A stretch of 64,000 nucleotides of DNA, from IMG/VR virus record IMGVR_UViG_3300023184_009405, one strand, 5' to 3'. The notes under the pieces were generated by a model. That model was given only the letters and a program-made list of their open reading frames with translations, made no database searches and was not told the origin of the DNA. Position 1 is the stretch's first letter; the number at the start of each line of letters is the position of its first letter. The position numbers were made by a program, and so were the translations under genes. Below, piece after piece: positions 1-9,234 of this stretch. This DNA is from an uncultured virus (IMG/VR IMGVR_UViG_3300023184_009405) (Duplodnaviria > Heunggongvirae > Uroviricota > Caudoviricetes).

Positions 1-2346
1 AGGAGGCGGGGGCGTAGTAGGCGGTGGCGTAGTAGGCGGTGGCGTAGTAGGCGGTGGCGTAGTAGGCGGTGGCGTAGTAGGCGGTGGCGTAGTAGGCGGT
101 GGTGTAGTAGGAGGTGGCGTAGTAGGCGGTGGTGTAGTAGGTGGTGGTGTAGTAGGTGGTGGTGTAGTAGGTTCTGGAGTAGTAGGTGGTGGTGTAGTAG
201 GTGGTGGTGTAGTGGGTTCTGGAGTAGTAGGTGGTGGCGTAGTAGGCGGTGGAGTAGTAGGTTCTGGTGTAGTAGGTGGTGGAGTAGTAGGTGGTGGAGT
301 AGTAGGTGGTGGAGTAGTAGGTTCTGGAGTAGTAGGCGGTGGAGTAGTAGGTGGTGGTGTAGTAGGTTCTGGTGTAGTAGGTGGTGGTGTAGTAGGTTCT
401 GGTGTAGTAGGTGGTGGAGTAGTAGGTTCTGGTGTAGTAGGTGGTGGAGTAGTAGGCTCTGGTGTAGTAGGTGGTGGAGTAGTAGGCTCTGGTGTAGTAG
501 GTGGTAGTGTAGTGCCAGTACAGTTGCCACTAAAACTCATTGTAATTTCAGCAACTTTTCCATTTCCTGATCCTGGAGGATCAACATAAAAAATTTGTCC
601 AATTACAATTTTGTTGAAAGCTTCAAGACATTGACATACTACTACTCTTAAAAGAGGACCATTTAGATTAAGTGTAGTAATTGGATTTGCACCTGAAAAC
701 AAATGTGAATTAACATAATTAACTACATATAATTCACCAGCCGATGGATCACCACAAATTGCATTATAATCATTTGGATAATAAGCAGTTAAATTATAAC
801 TAATGCCATCCCAATTGTTTGTAAGCTTTAATTTTTCTTTTGAGACATTGCAATTTCCATCGAATTTTATATAAATAAATCCTATTTCATCACATGAACA
901 ATTGTAATTATATTGTCCTATCATTGCTTCTAATGGTTCATTGCATTGACATACAACGGCTCTCATTTCTGAGCCTTGAATATGTGAAATTGGCTTAGCA
1001 GCACCGCATGGCAGTGATGGCGGTAAATTAGAGTTGAAATAATTTATTACATGTTGTTCTCCTATGATTGGATTTTTACAAATTACAGAAACATCAATAG
1101 GATAAGAAGCAATTATTGTGTATTTTTTAGATATTGGATCAAATTCATGTGTTAAATTTAACTTATTATATTTTTCTATGTCGTTAGTTAAATGTTTTTT
1201 CTTTTTCAAATAAGAAAAAACATTTTTTTCTTTTTCTTTATCCCAGTTAGCAAGTGGCTTTGGCGTAGTTGTAATTTCTAAGAATGATTCTTTCCAATAT
1301 ATTTTTAATTTTAATTCTATGTTTTTTTCTAATGTACTATGAATAAGTTCTAGGTTATCGTCTAGATAAATATCAAACGGAGGTATTGATTTTAAATCTT
1401 CTACAATAATTTCTTTTTTTGAATGACTGTATATTTTAATCCAGTTGGTTCCATCCCATTTTAAATGGTTTAAATTTTTATAATTTCTAAAAATTGAACT
1501 TTTTAATTTTGCTTTTTCTTTTTCCTCTAAAACTTCTTTTTCGCTAATATAAATCCATACAGGATTTTCTTTTTTGCTTTTTTTTAATGAAAATATTTTT
1601 GATTTAAAATAAGGAATTAAATTTTTATATTTAAAAGGCAAAGGCAGAGGTGTAGTAATTAATCCATTGATATTTGAATTTAAAAATTCATCAACATCAT
1701 AGAAATTTTTTTCATTTGCAGGCAGTCCGCAATTTAAATTAAAAGTTGTTTCATTTTCAAATGGGCCACAAATAATATTGGTTTCAAAAGGATAATTTGG
1801 TTTATGTTTTTCAATATAATCACAAAAATAAAATTTTTGATCATTATCAACAGTTCCTTCTATTTGATAAAATCCTTCTGCTAGAATTGGTAATATAGCA
1901 ATGTTAGGATTTGAATTATTCAAAGGTGTTGGAGTAGTTATTGTAAATTTAGATTGGAATTTTGTTGATGGGTTTTCAGTAGTTGTAATTGCAATTGATT
2001 TTGAATTAGTTAAAGGTATTGGAGTAGTAAATGTAAACTTAGGCTGATTTTTTATTAATGGAAGCTCGGTAGTTGTAGTTGTAGTTGTAGTTGTAGTTGT
2101 AGTAGCTGTTTTATGTTTTTTAATAAATTTAGATGAAAATCTATTCATAGCGGAAGAAGTTGTACTTGGTTGACTAGTAGGACTACAGTTACATCCGCCT
2201 TTAGTATAAGGATTTACTATAAGTAATACTTCTGCCTCATTACAAAATGGTGGAGGGCAGCACTTGCAATCACATTTACAAAACCCACCCTTGCCAGTTA
2301 CAGGAAAAGGACCATTGCAAGAATGTGGTATTGGAGTTGTATTCAT
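1..2346 (-). CDS. Large Cys-rich, Pro/Thr-repeat (mucin-like) protein, probably virion-associated; runs off the window start (>=782 aa)
   Basis: Absent from the ORF track because no stop lies in the window. ATG at 2346 gives MNTTPIPHSCNGPFPVTGKGGFCKCDCKCCPPPFC..., a poly-Thr run, two related Cys domains (YP...IC.P..GE..V.NY.NS...VVCQC.E....IGQ), then PTTPP/PTTPE repeats in the same frame. TAAATA lies just upstream. Confidence 0.8.
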   Translation of the reverse strand, partial: MNTTPIPHSCNGPFPVTGKGGFCKCDCKCCPPPFCNEAEVLLIVNPYTKGGCNCSPTSQPSTTSSAMNRFSSKFIKKHKTATTTTTTTTTTTTELPLIKNQPKFTFTTPIPLTNSKSIAITTTENPSTKFQSKFTITTPTPLNNSNPNIAILPILAEGFYQIEGTVDNDQKFYFCDYIEKHKPNYPFETNIICGPFENETTFNLNCGLPANEKNFYDVDEFLNSNINGLITTPLPLPFKYKNLIPYFKSKIFSLKKSKKENPVWIYISEKEVLEEKEKAKLKSSIFRNYKNLNHLKWDGTNWIKIYSHSKKEIIVEDLKSIPPFDIYLDDNLELIHSTLEKNIELKLKIYWKESFLEITTTPKPLANWDKEKEKNVFSYLKKKKHLTNDIEKYNKLNLTHEFDPISKKYTIIASYPIDVSVICKNPIIGEQHVINYFNSNLPPSLPCGAAKPISHIQGSEMRAVVCQCNEPLEAMIGQYNYNCSCDEIGFIYIKFDGNCNVSKEKLKLTNNWDGISYNLTAYYPNDYNAICGDPSAGELYVVNYVNSHLFSGANPITTLNLNGPLLRVVVCQCLEAFNKIVIGQIFYVDPPGSGNGKVAEITMSFSGNCTGTTLPPTTPEPTTPPPTTPEPTTPPPTTPEPTTPPPTTPEPTTPPPTTPEPTTPPPTTPPPTTPEPTTPPPTTPPPTTPPPTTPEPTTPPPTTPPPTTPEPTTPPPTTPPPTTPEPTTPPPTTPPPTTPPPTTPPPTTPPPTTPPPTTPPPTTPPPTTPPPTTPPPTTPPPP
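13..510 (-). repeat. 15-bp tandem coding repeat encoding PTTP(P/E), about 33 units
   Basis: GTAGTAGG(C/T)GGTGG(C/T/A) and GTAGTAGGTTCTGG(A/T) units; variation falls mainly at third codon positions of the minus-strand frame. Confidence 0.95.
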
Positions 2347-2376
2347 TTATAATAAGTATTAAGTATTTAAAAATTT

Positions 2377-2604
2377 TTATTCTTTAAAAAGATGTTCTGG
2401 ATATTCTATTTTTATTGTTTTTTGATTATCTTTTCCTTCTTCAAACCATCTAATTTGTTCTACTGGTATTTTTAATTCATCCATATGACAGCTATCATTT
2501 GGATCGACTGGTAAATTAAATTTTTCACCATCAATTAATATTGCAACTTTGCATAATTTTTTTTCTTTATCAAACAATAAACAGTTTTTACATTCTTTTT
2601 CCAT
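2377..2604 (-). CDS. Small Cys-containing hypothetical protein
   Basis: 75-aa ORF, CxxC...C...C pattern, AACTATAAT upstream. Confidence 0.65.
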   Translation of the reverse strand: MEKECKNCLLFDKEKKLCKVAILIDGEKFNLPVDPNDSCHMDELKIPVEQIRWFEEGKDNQKTIKIEYPEHLFKE

Positions 2605-2699
2605 ATTTTTATTATAGTTTAGCAGAAGAACTATTGTAAAATCTTGAGTTTTAAATTAAAATAAAATAATACTTAGTGTTTATAGTCGAAAGGAAATAA

Positions 2700-3332
2700 A
2701 TGAAAATTATTTGTGCGTTTGGTCAATTAATGAATGGCAAAGATGTTTTCTCTGATTATTTAAAAATAAAACTGGATGAATTAAACGGTATTTTTTGGGA
2801 AAGAGCTTCTTTTGCTAATGCTGTTAAAAATGTTTATGAAAATGCATTTGGCGTAGATAGGAGTTTTATTGAAAAGTACAAAAGAATGCCAATTAATCCG
2901 CCTGGAATGCAAATGAATGTAAGGCAATCATTGCAATTTATTGGTGATGGATTTAGAAAAATTAAAGGGGATATATGGATTGAAATAGCATTGAGAGACA
3001 AGAAAAGAAATATAATAATTTCTGATGGCAGATATGTTAACGAAGCTAAAAAAGTTAATGAAAACAGTGGCTTAAATATTTTAATTTTTAGAAAAAATTA
3101 TTTAAATGACGATCAGAATCCTTCTGAATCAGGATTAAGGCCATTGGTTGAATTTTGTAATAATAATTGTGAAGATGGTTTAATTAATAAAACTATGGTA
3201 AATATACCAGAAGAATTAAAGCCATTTGATATTTTTATTAGAAACGATGGTGATTTACAAGATTTTTATAATAAAATTGATAATATTATTTTACCTTTAA
3301 TAAAAGAAAGGTTTTATAATGAAGCTAACTAA
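2700..3332 (+). CDS. Deoxynucleoside monophosphate kinase (phage dNMP kinase-like)
   Basis: P-loop-like GQLMNGKD, SFA..K, R..LQ.IG...R, ISDGRY.NE and NDG motifs; AAGGA RBS. Confidence 0.8.
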   Translation: MKIICAFGQLMNGKDVFSDYLKIKLDELNGIFWERASFANAVKNVYENAFGVDRSFIEKYKRMPINPPGMQMNVRQSLQFIGDGFRKIKGDIWIEIALRDKKRNIIISDGRYVNEAKKVNENSGLNILIFRKNYLNDDQNPSESGLRPLVEFCNNNCEDGLINKTMVNIPEELKPFDIFIRNDGDLQDFYNKIDNIILPLIKERFYNEAN

Positions 3333-3681
3333 GTTTTATGAAGTTCCAAAAGGATGGGGAAAAGAAATTTGGTTTTGGAATTCTGATAAATATTGCTATA
3401 AGCACTTATGTTTTGATAAAGATAAAAAGTGTTCATTTCACTATCACATGAAAAAGGATGAAATATTTCATGTTTTAAAGGGTAAGTTAACTATTAAATA
3501 TTCTTTTGGAGATGATATTAATCAAGCTGAATCTATTGTTTTAAATGAAAATGAAGTGTTTCATGTTCCTTGTGGTTTAAGACACATGATGATAGCAGAT
3601 CAAGGAGAAAATGTTATTTTAATTGAAGTTAGTACAACTCACGAAGATTTAGATTCTTACAGAATTATAAAAGGAGATTAA
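3319..3681 (+). CDS. Cupin (mannose-6-phosphate isomerase type II C-terminal-like)
   Basis: KGWG.E, SFHYH..KDE, HVP.G..H, EVST...DSYR. Confidence 0.8.
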   Translation: MKLTKFYEVPKGWGKEIWFWNSDKYCYKHLCFDKDKKCSFHYHMKKDEIFHVLKGKLTIKYSFGDDINQAESIVLNENEVFHVPCGLRHMMIADQGENVILIEVSTTHEDLDSYRIIKGD

Positions 3682-3710
3682 TTTTACAATATAACTTTAT
3701 ATATAATTTC

Positions 3711-4640
3711 ATGGAAGAAGAAAAAAATACAAACTGTTTGTTGAAATTTAGCAAGCCAAATGCAAAAATAGATGATTGGAGTTTTAGTTTGCCAGCAGGA
3801 TTTTCATGTCCTGGTGCTCAAAATTGTTTAACAAAAATTAATAGAATAACTGGTAAAATAGAGGGAGAAGCTGTAAAGGGCGAAGAAGATTTCAGATGTT
3901 TTGCTGCAAGTCAAGAATTAATATACCCAGCAACAAGAGAGCAAAGATGGAGTAACTATAAGGCATTACAAGCTTTAAAAACTACCGAAAATATGGCTAG
4001 AGCATTAACAGTAAGTATTTTAGATCAACCACAGTTGAAAGCTTCTGAGAGAATAAGAATTCATGTTGGTGGAGATTTTTTCAATGAAGAATATCTTGAA
4101 GCTTGGAAGACAGTAGCAAGGTTTTTCCCTGAAAAAACTTTTTATGCTTACACCAAAAGTGTACCATATTTTATTGGTAATACTCTTCCAGATAATTTTA
4201 AAATTACATTTTCCTATGGTGGTAAATATGATGATTTGATTGATAAGTATAGATTGAAATTTTCAGCAGTAGTAAATAGTGAAGAAGAAGCAAGAAATTA
4301 TGTTTGGTACGACAAAGAAGGCAATGAAAATATTGGGTTAGAAATAGATCATGATGATAGTCATGCTTGGAAAGATGACAAACCATTTGCTTTGCTTATA
4401 CATGGAGTGCAGCAAGCTGGAAGTCCAGCATCAATAGCACTTCAAAAACTTAGAAAGGCTGGAGTAAGTTCTGGCTACGGCAAAGAAGCTAAAGAAGAAA
4501 GAGCTAGAGAAAAAAAAGAAAAAGCAGAAAAGTCTTTTGATGATTTTATTTCAAAACAAAAATCCAAACAACCTATTAGTTTACCTGTTATAGAAGGATT
4601 TAATTTTAAAAATTGGTTAATTTATCAAGAAACTATTTAA
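3711..4640 (+). CDS. Phage GP88-like Cys-cluster protein
   Basis: FSLPAGFSCPGA..C...CFA, RIHVGGDF and YAYTK motifs; C-terminal FKNWLIYQE tail. Confidence 0.7.
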   Translation: MEEEKNTNCLLKFSKPNAKIDDWSFSLPAGFSCPGAQNCLTKINRITGKIEGEAVKGEEDFRCFAASQELIYPATREQRWSNYKALQALKTTENMARALTVSILDQPQLKASERIRIHVGGDFFNEEYLEAWKTVARFFPEKTFYAYTKSVPYFIGNTLPDNFKITFSYGGKYDDLIDKYRLKFSAVVNSEEEARNYVWYDKEGNENIGLEIDHDDSHAWKDDKPFALLIHGVQQAGSPASIALQKLRKAGVSSGYGKEAKEERAREKKEKAEKSFDDFISKQKSKQPISLPVIEGFNFKNWLIYQETI

Positions 4641-5283
4641 ATTTTCTTTGTAGTTCTTTCAATCCTTTTTCTGTATAAACCATAAATTCTATGTTTCTAT
4701 TTTTACAATAATTGTTAGCATATGTCCATTTTGCTTGATTTTTTGGCAAAGTAGTTTGATGTTTTGGTTTTATTTCCCAGAGTTCTTTTTTACCATTAAT
4801 ATATTCAACTAAAATATCTGGAATATAATTATGTGTAAATCCTTCGAAAAAATATTCAATTTTAAATGGTTCTGGTTTATATTTTAAAACATCTTTCATT
4901 TTTTCAAGAACAATATAGAATTGTAATTCTAATCCAGATCTATAAAAAAGCTTTTCATTATTATTTTTCTTAGATACAAAATGTCCTTCTTTGAACTTTC
5001 TTTTAACTTTAACTTTATTAGTTTTTTTACAAACATCTCTCCAGACTATAGCCTTGTATTGTTCGCATTTTGGAAGAGTTTCTTGTGGGTGTTTTGCTTT
5101 AAAATGGCTTCTTATATCTCGCACAGGACATCCACATCTTTTTAAAGGACAAAGAACAAAATCTCTGCCTAAATCATGAGTATTTATAATGTGCTTTTTA
5201 AATTCTTCATAGTCTAAGAATTCTTCTGAGCAAACAAAACAAAGGTATTTTGGAATATTTCTATGAGAATTAATGAATGTCAT
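4633..5283 (-). CDS. C2H2 zinc fingers plus TnsA-like / T4 gp4 head-completion PD-(D/E)xK nuclease
   Basis: CxxC...H...H twice; YRSGLE, HNYIPD, EIKP, K...A..YC. Confidence 0.8.
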   Translation of the reverse strand: MTFINSHRNIPKYLCFVCSEEFLDYEEFKKHIINTHDLGRDFVLCPLKRCGCPVRDIRSHFKAKHPQETLPKCEQYKAIVWRDVCKKTNKVKVKRKFKEGHFVSKKNNNEKLFYRSGLELQFYIVLEKMKDVLKYKPEPFKIEYFFEGFTHNYIPDILVEYINGKKELWEIKPKHQTTLPKNQAKWTYANNYCKNRNIEFMVYTEKGLKELQRKFK

Positions 5284-5300
5284 AATAAATATTTATTATG
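5281..5300. promoter_or_regulatory. Perfect 20-bp palindrome holding both divergent ATGs and a TAAATA on each strand
   Basis: CATAATAAAT|ATTTATTATG. Confidence 0.7.
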
Positions 5301-5732
5301 AACTTCAAAGAATTTATAGAACAAGAAGAAAAAAAAGAAGAAGCCCCGCCTTCTTATTTTAAATCTCTTCTTCCAACTTTACACATACAGCCAAAAGATG
5401 TAATTGATTTTTATGATAAAACGCCCATTACTTTAAGTAATTTAATTTTTAATAATGGCAAAGAAAAAGCTTCTTTAAATACAATATTATTGAAATTAAA
5501 TGATAAATTAAAAGGAGCAAAGGCAAAAGTTTTTACCCCTAAAGGTAATGCTGCAATAATTTACACGAAAAATAATAAGCCAATATTTAAAAAATCTAAA
5601 GAAGATCATTTGAGGAAAGATACATTTCCACTAAGTACTCAAACGGCTATAGATATAGCATTACAGCCTTTTGGAAATCAACAGGCTGGATCATCTAAAT
5701 TAGGAGGTTCATTTGGAGCAGGAGTTGTGTAA
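5298..5732 (+). CDS. Hypothetical protein with N-terminal FKEFIE motif (possible head-packaged protein)
   Basis: MNFKEFIEQEE; TAAATA immediately upstream. Confidence 0.75.
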   Translation: MNFKEFIEQEEKKEEAPPSYFKSLLPTLHIQPKDVIDFYDKTPITLSNLIFNNGKEKASLNTILLKLNDKLKGAKAKVFTPKGNAAIIYTKNNKPIFKKSKEDHLRKDTFPLSTQTAIDIALQPFGNQQAGSSKLGGSFGAGVV

Positions 5733-5922
5733 ATTGGATTTTAAAACATGGTTACATGAAAATGGAACTTCTACTGCTTCTATCGCAGCAGTCCCAAATC
5801 GTTTATTTGGTCCTCCAAGTATACCAGGTGGATTCCAGCAACCTATTAAAAATTATAGGAATTGTGGCCTTGCTGGTTGTTTAAAGAAGCAAGTACACAC
5901 AAGAGAAAAGTTTTTTAATTAA
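5713..5922 (+). CDS. Small hypothetical protein with FKTWLHE motif
   Basis: 69-aa ORF overlapping the previous gene. Confidence 0.65.
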   Translation: MEQELCKLDFKTWLHENGTSTASIAAVPNRLFGPPSIPGGFQQPIKNYRNCGLAGCLKKQVHTREKFFN

Positions 5923-7301
5923 TTTTTATATTTTTCTAAAATTGATGTTGTTGATATATCAATTTTCTTTGGACAAATATACTTTTCAGAAACAAGATCA
6001 GACCCAACAATTTCTTTTGCGTTATAAGGATGGCTTTTGATTAAAACATCTGGTTTGATGGTTTTAATTATTTCTAATGGAGTATCTTCTTCAAAAGAAA
6101 CTACATAATCAACAAAATCAAGACTTGCCAACATATTCATTCTTGTTTTAATGTTATTTACAGGTCTTTCGCTTCCTTTTAATCTTCGGACAGAAGCATC
6201 TGAGTTTACTGCTACTACTAGCTTGTCTGCTTTGCTTTTAGCAAATTTCAAAGATTGCAAATGACCTTCATGGAGAATATCAAAGCATCCATTTGTAAAT
6301 GCAAGCTTGGTTTTTCTTGTTTGAAGTATCTTGGGATTATAAATGATTTTATCATAATCTTCACATGATTCTAATATATCCAACAAGCAAACAGTTTCAT
6401 TATGTTTGTTTTTTACATAAGAAATTCCTGCATTGAATGCAATTTTAGAACAATCTTCCAGAGAAAACCCATGAGAATATGAAAGTGCCAAAAATGCTGT
6501 GAAGCAATCACCAGCCCCAATTACAGATCTGACATCAATATTTTTTATTTTTGGTCTTATTTCAAAATAATTATCAGGTGATTCAACACAACCACAAAGA
6601 CCTTGCCCAGATTGAGTAATAATAACAGCTTTGCACTTTACTTTTTTCATTATAAAGTCTAACTGATCTTTTATTTCTTTTTTACCGCTAATATTTTGGG
6701 CTTCTATAGAATTAGGCTTGAAAATCGTACAGTTTTGCCATTTTTCGCCATTTTTTTTTGGATCTACAATTGTTATATTGTTTTTTAAATATTTTTTATA
6801 CCAAGGAGTATAAAAAATTCCTTTGCCGTAAGCGGAAAAAACAATAATATCTGATTTTGGAATTTCTAAAGAATTAATAGTATCTTCATAAGATTTTTCA
6901 TCAAGATTGTATCTATCTGTTTCACAATCCCATCTTACTAGTGGAAAGTCTTCATGATAAAATCTTTTTTTCCTTGGAACCATAGATCCCCAAGGCATTA
7001 TACAGCAGTCAACATTAATATTTTTATTAAAAATTTCATAACTATAAGAATCTAAAATTGAAACTAGCTTGCTTTCTACATTTTGATATTCAAGCTGTCT
7101 GATAACATTAGCAGCACCGCCTGCTACAACTTTAAATGGCTCTTCAGATTTTGATTTTAAAATTGGTATTGGAAATTCAGGGCTTATACGATTTGATGCT
7201 ACTTGGTAGTATTCATCAATCATTGAATCACCAACAATGGTTATTTTTTTTCTAGATGTGGAACTTTTTTGATGAAGTTTATCAATTAATTTTCTATACA
7301 T
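5919..7301 (-). CDS. hldE: Bifunctional heptose-7-phosphate kinase / heptose-1-phosphate adenylyltransferase
   Basis: PfkB kinase half (GDSMIDEY, GGAANV, GAGD) fused to cytidylyltransferase-like half (FTNGCFDILHEGH, NSDASVRRLKG..RP, STT). Confidence 0.92.
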   Translation of the reverse strand: MYRKLIDKLHQKSSTSRKKITIVGDSMIDEYYQVASNRISPEFPIPILKSKSEEPFKVVAGGAANVIRQLEYQNVESKLVSILDSYSYEIFNKNINVDCCIMPWGSMVPRKKRFYHEDFPLVRWDCETDRYNLDEKSYEDTINSLEIPKSDIIVFSAYGKGIFYTPWYKKYLKNNITIVDPKKNGEKWQNCTIFKPNSIEAQNISGKKEIKDQLDFIMKKVKCKAVIITQSGQGLCGCVESPDNYFEIRPKIKNIDVRSVIGAGDCFTAFLALSYSHGFSLEDCSKIAFNAGISYVKNKHNETVCLLDILESCEDYDKIIYNPKILQTRKTKLAFTNGCFDILHEGHLQSLKFAKSKADKLVVAVNSDASVRRLKGSERPVNNIKTRMNMLASLDFVDYVVSFEEDTPLEIIKTIKPDVLIKSHPYNAKEIVGSDLVSEKYICPKKIDISTTSILEKYKN

Positions 7302-7331
7302 ATATTAAATAATAAGTGAAAGGAAAAAAAT

Positions 7332-7559
7332 ATGCAATGGTTTATGATTATATTTTATTTTTTATTTGCTGTTAATTTATTATCGGCAAATGAATTGCCT
7401 GAAGTTTCTTACAAAGGACAGCCACCTTTGATTATCAAGGAAGCTAAGGCAACTATAATAAAATTTGAAAAATTAATTGAATTAAATGAAAAAAACATAA
7501 TTCCTAAAGGTAAAATCAATTACAAGGAATGTACTTCTGGATTTAGGTGAAAAAATTAA
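7332..7559 (+). CDS. Small secreted protein; candidate selenoprotein ending ...ECTSGFR-U-KN (72 aa if UGA is a stop, 75 aa if read through)
   Basis: Signal-peptide-like N-terminus; TGA 7548-7550 followed by AAA AAT TAA; hairpin 7556-7590 with GTT loop. Confidence 0.6.
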
Positions 7560-7590
7560 TAAAAAAACTTAGTTTAAGTTTTGTTATTAA
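7556..7590 (+). promoter_or_regulatory. SECIS-like hairpin (alternatively a terminator)
   Basis: TTAATAA-A-AAAACTTA GTT TAAGTTTT-G-TTATTAA; loop begins with GU, 21 nt after the UGA. Confidence 0.45.
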
Positions 7591-7642
7591 AATGTTCAAA
7601 GATATAATTAAAGTAGAGATTTTTTAATTATGGAGAACTAAA

Positions 7643-8389
7643 GTGTTTAAAAATTTATCTTATGCAGTAATATTTGTTTGTTTAATTTCTTTTTCTTTGA
7701 GTGCAGCTGAGCCTCAAATTTTTCAGCTTTCAAAAGATGCTCCAGTAGTTCCAACAAACAATAAAGCAAATAAAGTAGATGGCTTAGAAATTCCCGCAGA
7801 TCTAGAAGTTACTCCAGATGAAGGATTTGTTGCCTTGCAAGCAATTACAAAAGGCACAGTAAAGTGGCTTGTAATAAGTCAGTCTAAAGTAAAGTTTCTT
7901 ACAAATGATTCTTCGAATACAATAATTATTTCAGTTCCTCAAAGTGGTCAAATTAATGTATTTGCAGTTGCTTTAGCTGAAAACAAGCTTACTGATTTTG
8001 CCAAAACAACTATAACTATTAAGGGAATCAATCCAGATCCTAAGCCAAATCCAGATCCCAAACCAAATCCAGATCCCAAACCAAGTGGATTGCCTTTACA
8101 TGTTACTTTTGTATTCGATGTAAATGAAAACACACCAGATATTGCAGCTGTTTTAAATAGTCAAGATTTAAGAAAAATTGTTTCTGAAAATAAGAGTTTT
8201 TTAAGAGTATATGATGTTAACAGCGATGTAGTTAAGAATAAGAAGCTTGATACATTATTACCAAAAGTTGGTGGTAGTAATATGATGGTTCTTCAAGAAG
8301 CAGATGGAACATTATTATATGCTTCTCCAATACCAAAGAATGATAAAGAAGCTATTGATATTGTAAAAAAATATTTACCAAAGAATTAA
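7643..8389 (+). CDS. Secreted protein with PDPKPN linker and C-terminal thioredoxin-like (Cys-less) domain
   Basis: GTG start with GGAG RBS, signal peptide, (NPDPKP)x3 near 8030-8083; fold call is by eye. Confidence 0.7.
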   Translation: MFKNLSYAVIFVCLISFSLSAAEPQIFQLSKDAPVVPTNNKANKVDGLEIPADLEVTPDEGFVALQAITKGTVKWLVISQSKVKFLTNDSSNTIIISVPQSGQINVFAVALAENKLTDFAKTTITIKGINPDPKPNPDPKPNPDPKPSGLPLHVTFVFDVNENTPDIAAVLNSQDLRKIVSENKSFLRVYDVNSDVVKNKKLDTLLPKVGGSNMMVLQEADGTLLYASPIPKNDKEAIDIVKKYLPKN

Positions 8390-8408
8390 TTAAATAGGAG
8401 AATGTAAA

Positions 8409-9218
8409 ATGGCTAGTAATTTTCCCGCAGTATTTTTTGATGGAATGTGGCGTGTACTTGCTTATGTTCCATCTGATAACAACCATGCTTTTCCAAAGCT
8501 TTCATCAATGCCTCAAGCTCAATCAAATTTTGAGCTTAGAGAAACAGATTTATCATGGCAAGGCAATAGAATTATGGATCAAGGATCAACATCAAGCTGT
8601 GTTGGTCATGGTGCAGTAGCTGGCATGGAAATTTCATGGAAGCAAGGTGGTAATGAAGCTAGAAAGTTTTCGCCTTTTTTTACTTATGCTTTGATAAATG
8701 GTGGCAGTGATAATGGAGCTATGGTTTATGATGCATTGAAAGTATTGCAGAAATATGGAGCTTGTCCTTTAGAAGTTATGCCAAAAGGCGTTATGTACGA
8801 AAGACAGCTTCCAAAAATTACTTACGAAGATGCAAAAAGATTTAGAATTTCACAGGCTTATCAATGCGATAGTTATGATGAAGTTTGCCAGGCTATTAAT
8901 TTAGGATTTCCTGTTCCGCTTGGTATTTATGTTGGAGATAATTTTTCTGATATTGATTCTGAAGGAATAAGTCCTTTACCTAGAGGTGGTGGTGGCGGTC
9001 ATTGTATTTTGGGATGTGGTTTAAAGAAATCTAATAAATATGGATGGGTAATTAAAATCCAAAATTCATGGGGAAGTAATTTTGGAGTTAATGGATATAG
9101 TTATATTAGGAAAGAACATTTTAAAGGCATGAGTCCAGATGCGTTTGCAATGCAAGCTACATTTGATGATCCAAAAGATAGTAATATACAAGATGATGTG
9201 CCAGTTTTAAAAAATTAA
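8409..9218 (+). CDS. Papain-like (C1A) cysteine peptidase
   Basis: DQGSTSSCVG (oxyanion Gln and catalytic Cys), GGHC (His), QNSWG (Asn). Confidence 0.92.
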   Translation: MASNFPAVFFDGMWRVLAYVPSDNNHAFPKLSSMPQAQSNFELRETDLSWQGNRIMDQGSTSSCVGHGAVAGMEISWKQGGNEARKFSPFFTYALINGGSDNGAMVYDALKVLQKYGACPLEVMPKGVMYERQLPKITYEDAKRFRISQAYQCDSYDEVCQAINLGFPVPLGIYVGDNFSDIDSEGISPLPRGGGGGHCILGCGLKKSNKYGWVIKIQNSWGSNFGVNGYSYIRKEHFKGMSPDAFAMQATFDDPKDSNIQDDVPVLKN

Positions 9219-9234
9219 TTAAGGAGATATAAAA

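Noticed and set aside
13..510. Possible CRISPR array
   Set aside because: Contiguous 15-bp units with no unique spacers; it is a coding repeat.
212..589. Track ORF encoding (GGGVV)n on the + strand
   Set aside because: It is the antisense shadow of the PTTPP repeat; the long open minus-strand frame has a start, an upstream motif and synonymous-type variation.
4633..5283. Tn7-like transposon
   Set aside because: No tnsB/tnsC or terminal repeats; stand-alone TnsA-like nucleases are typical head-completion proteins of large myoviruses.
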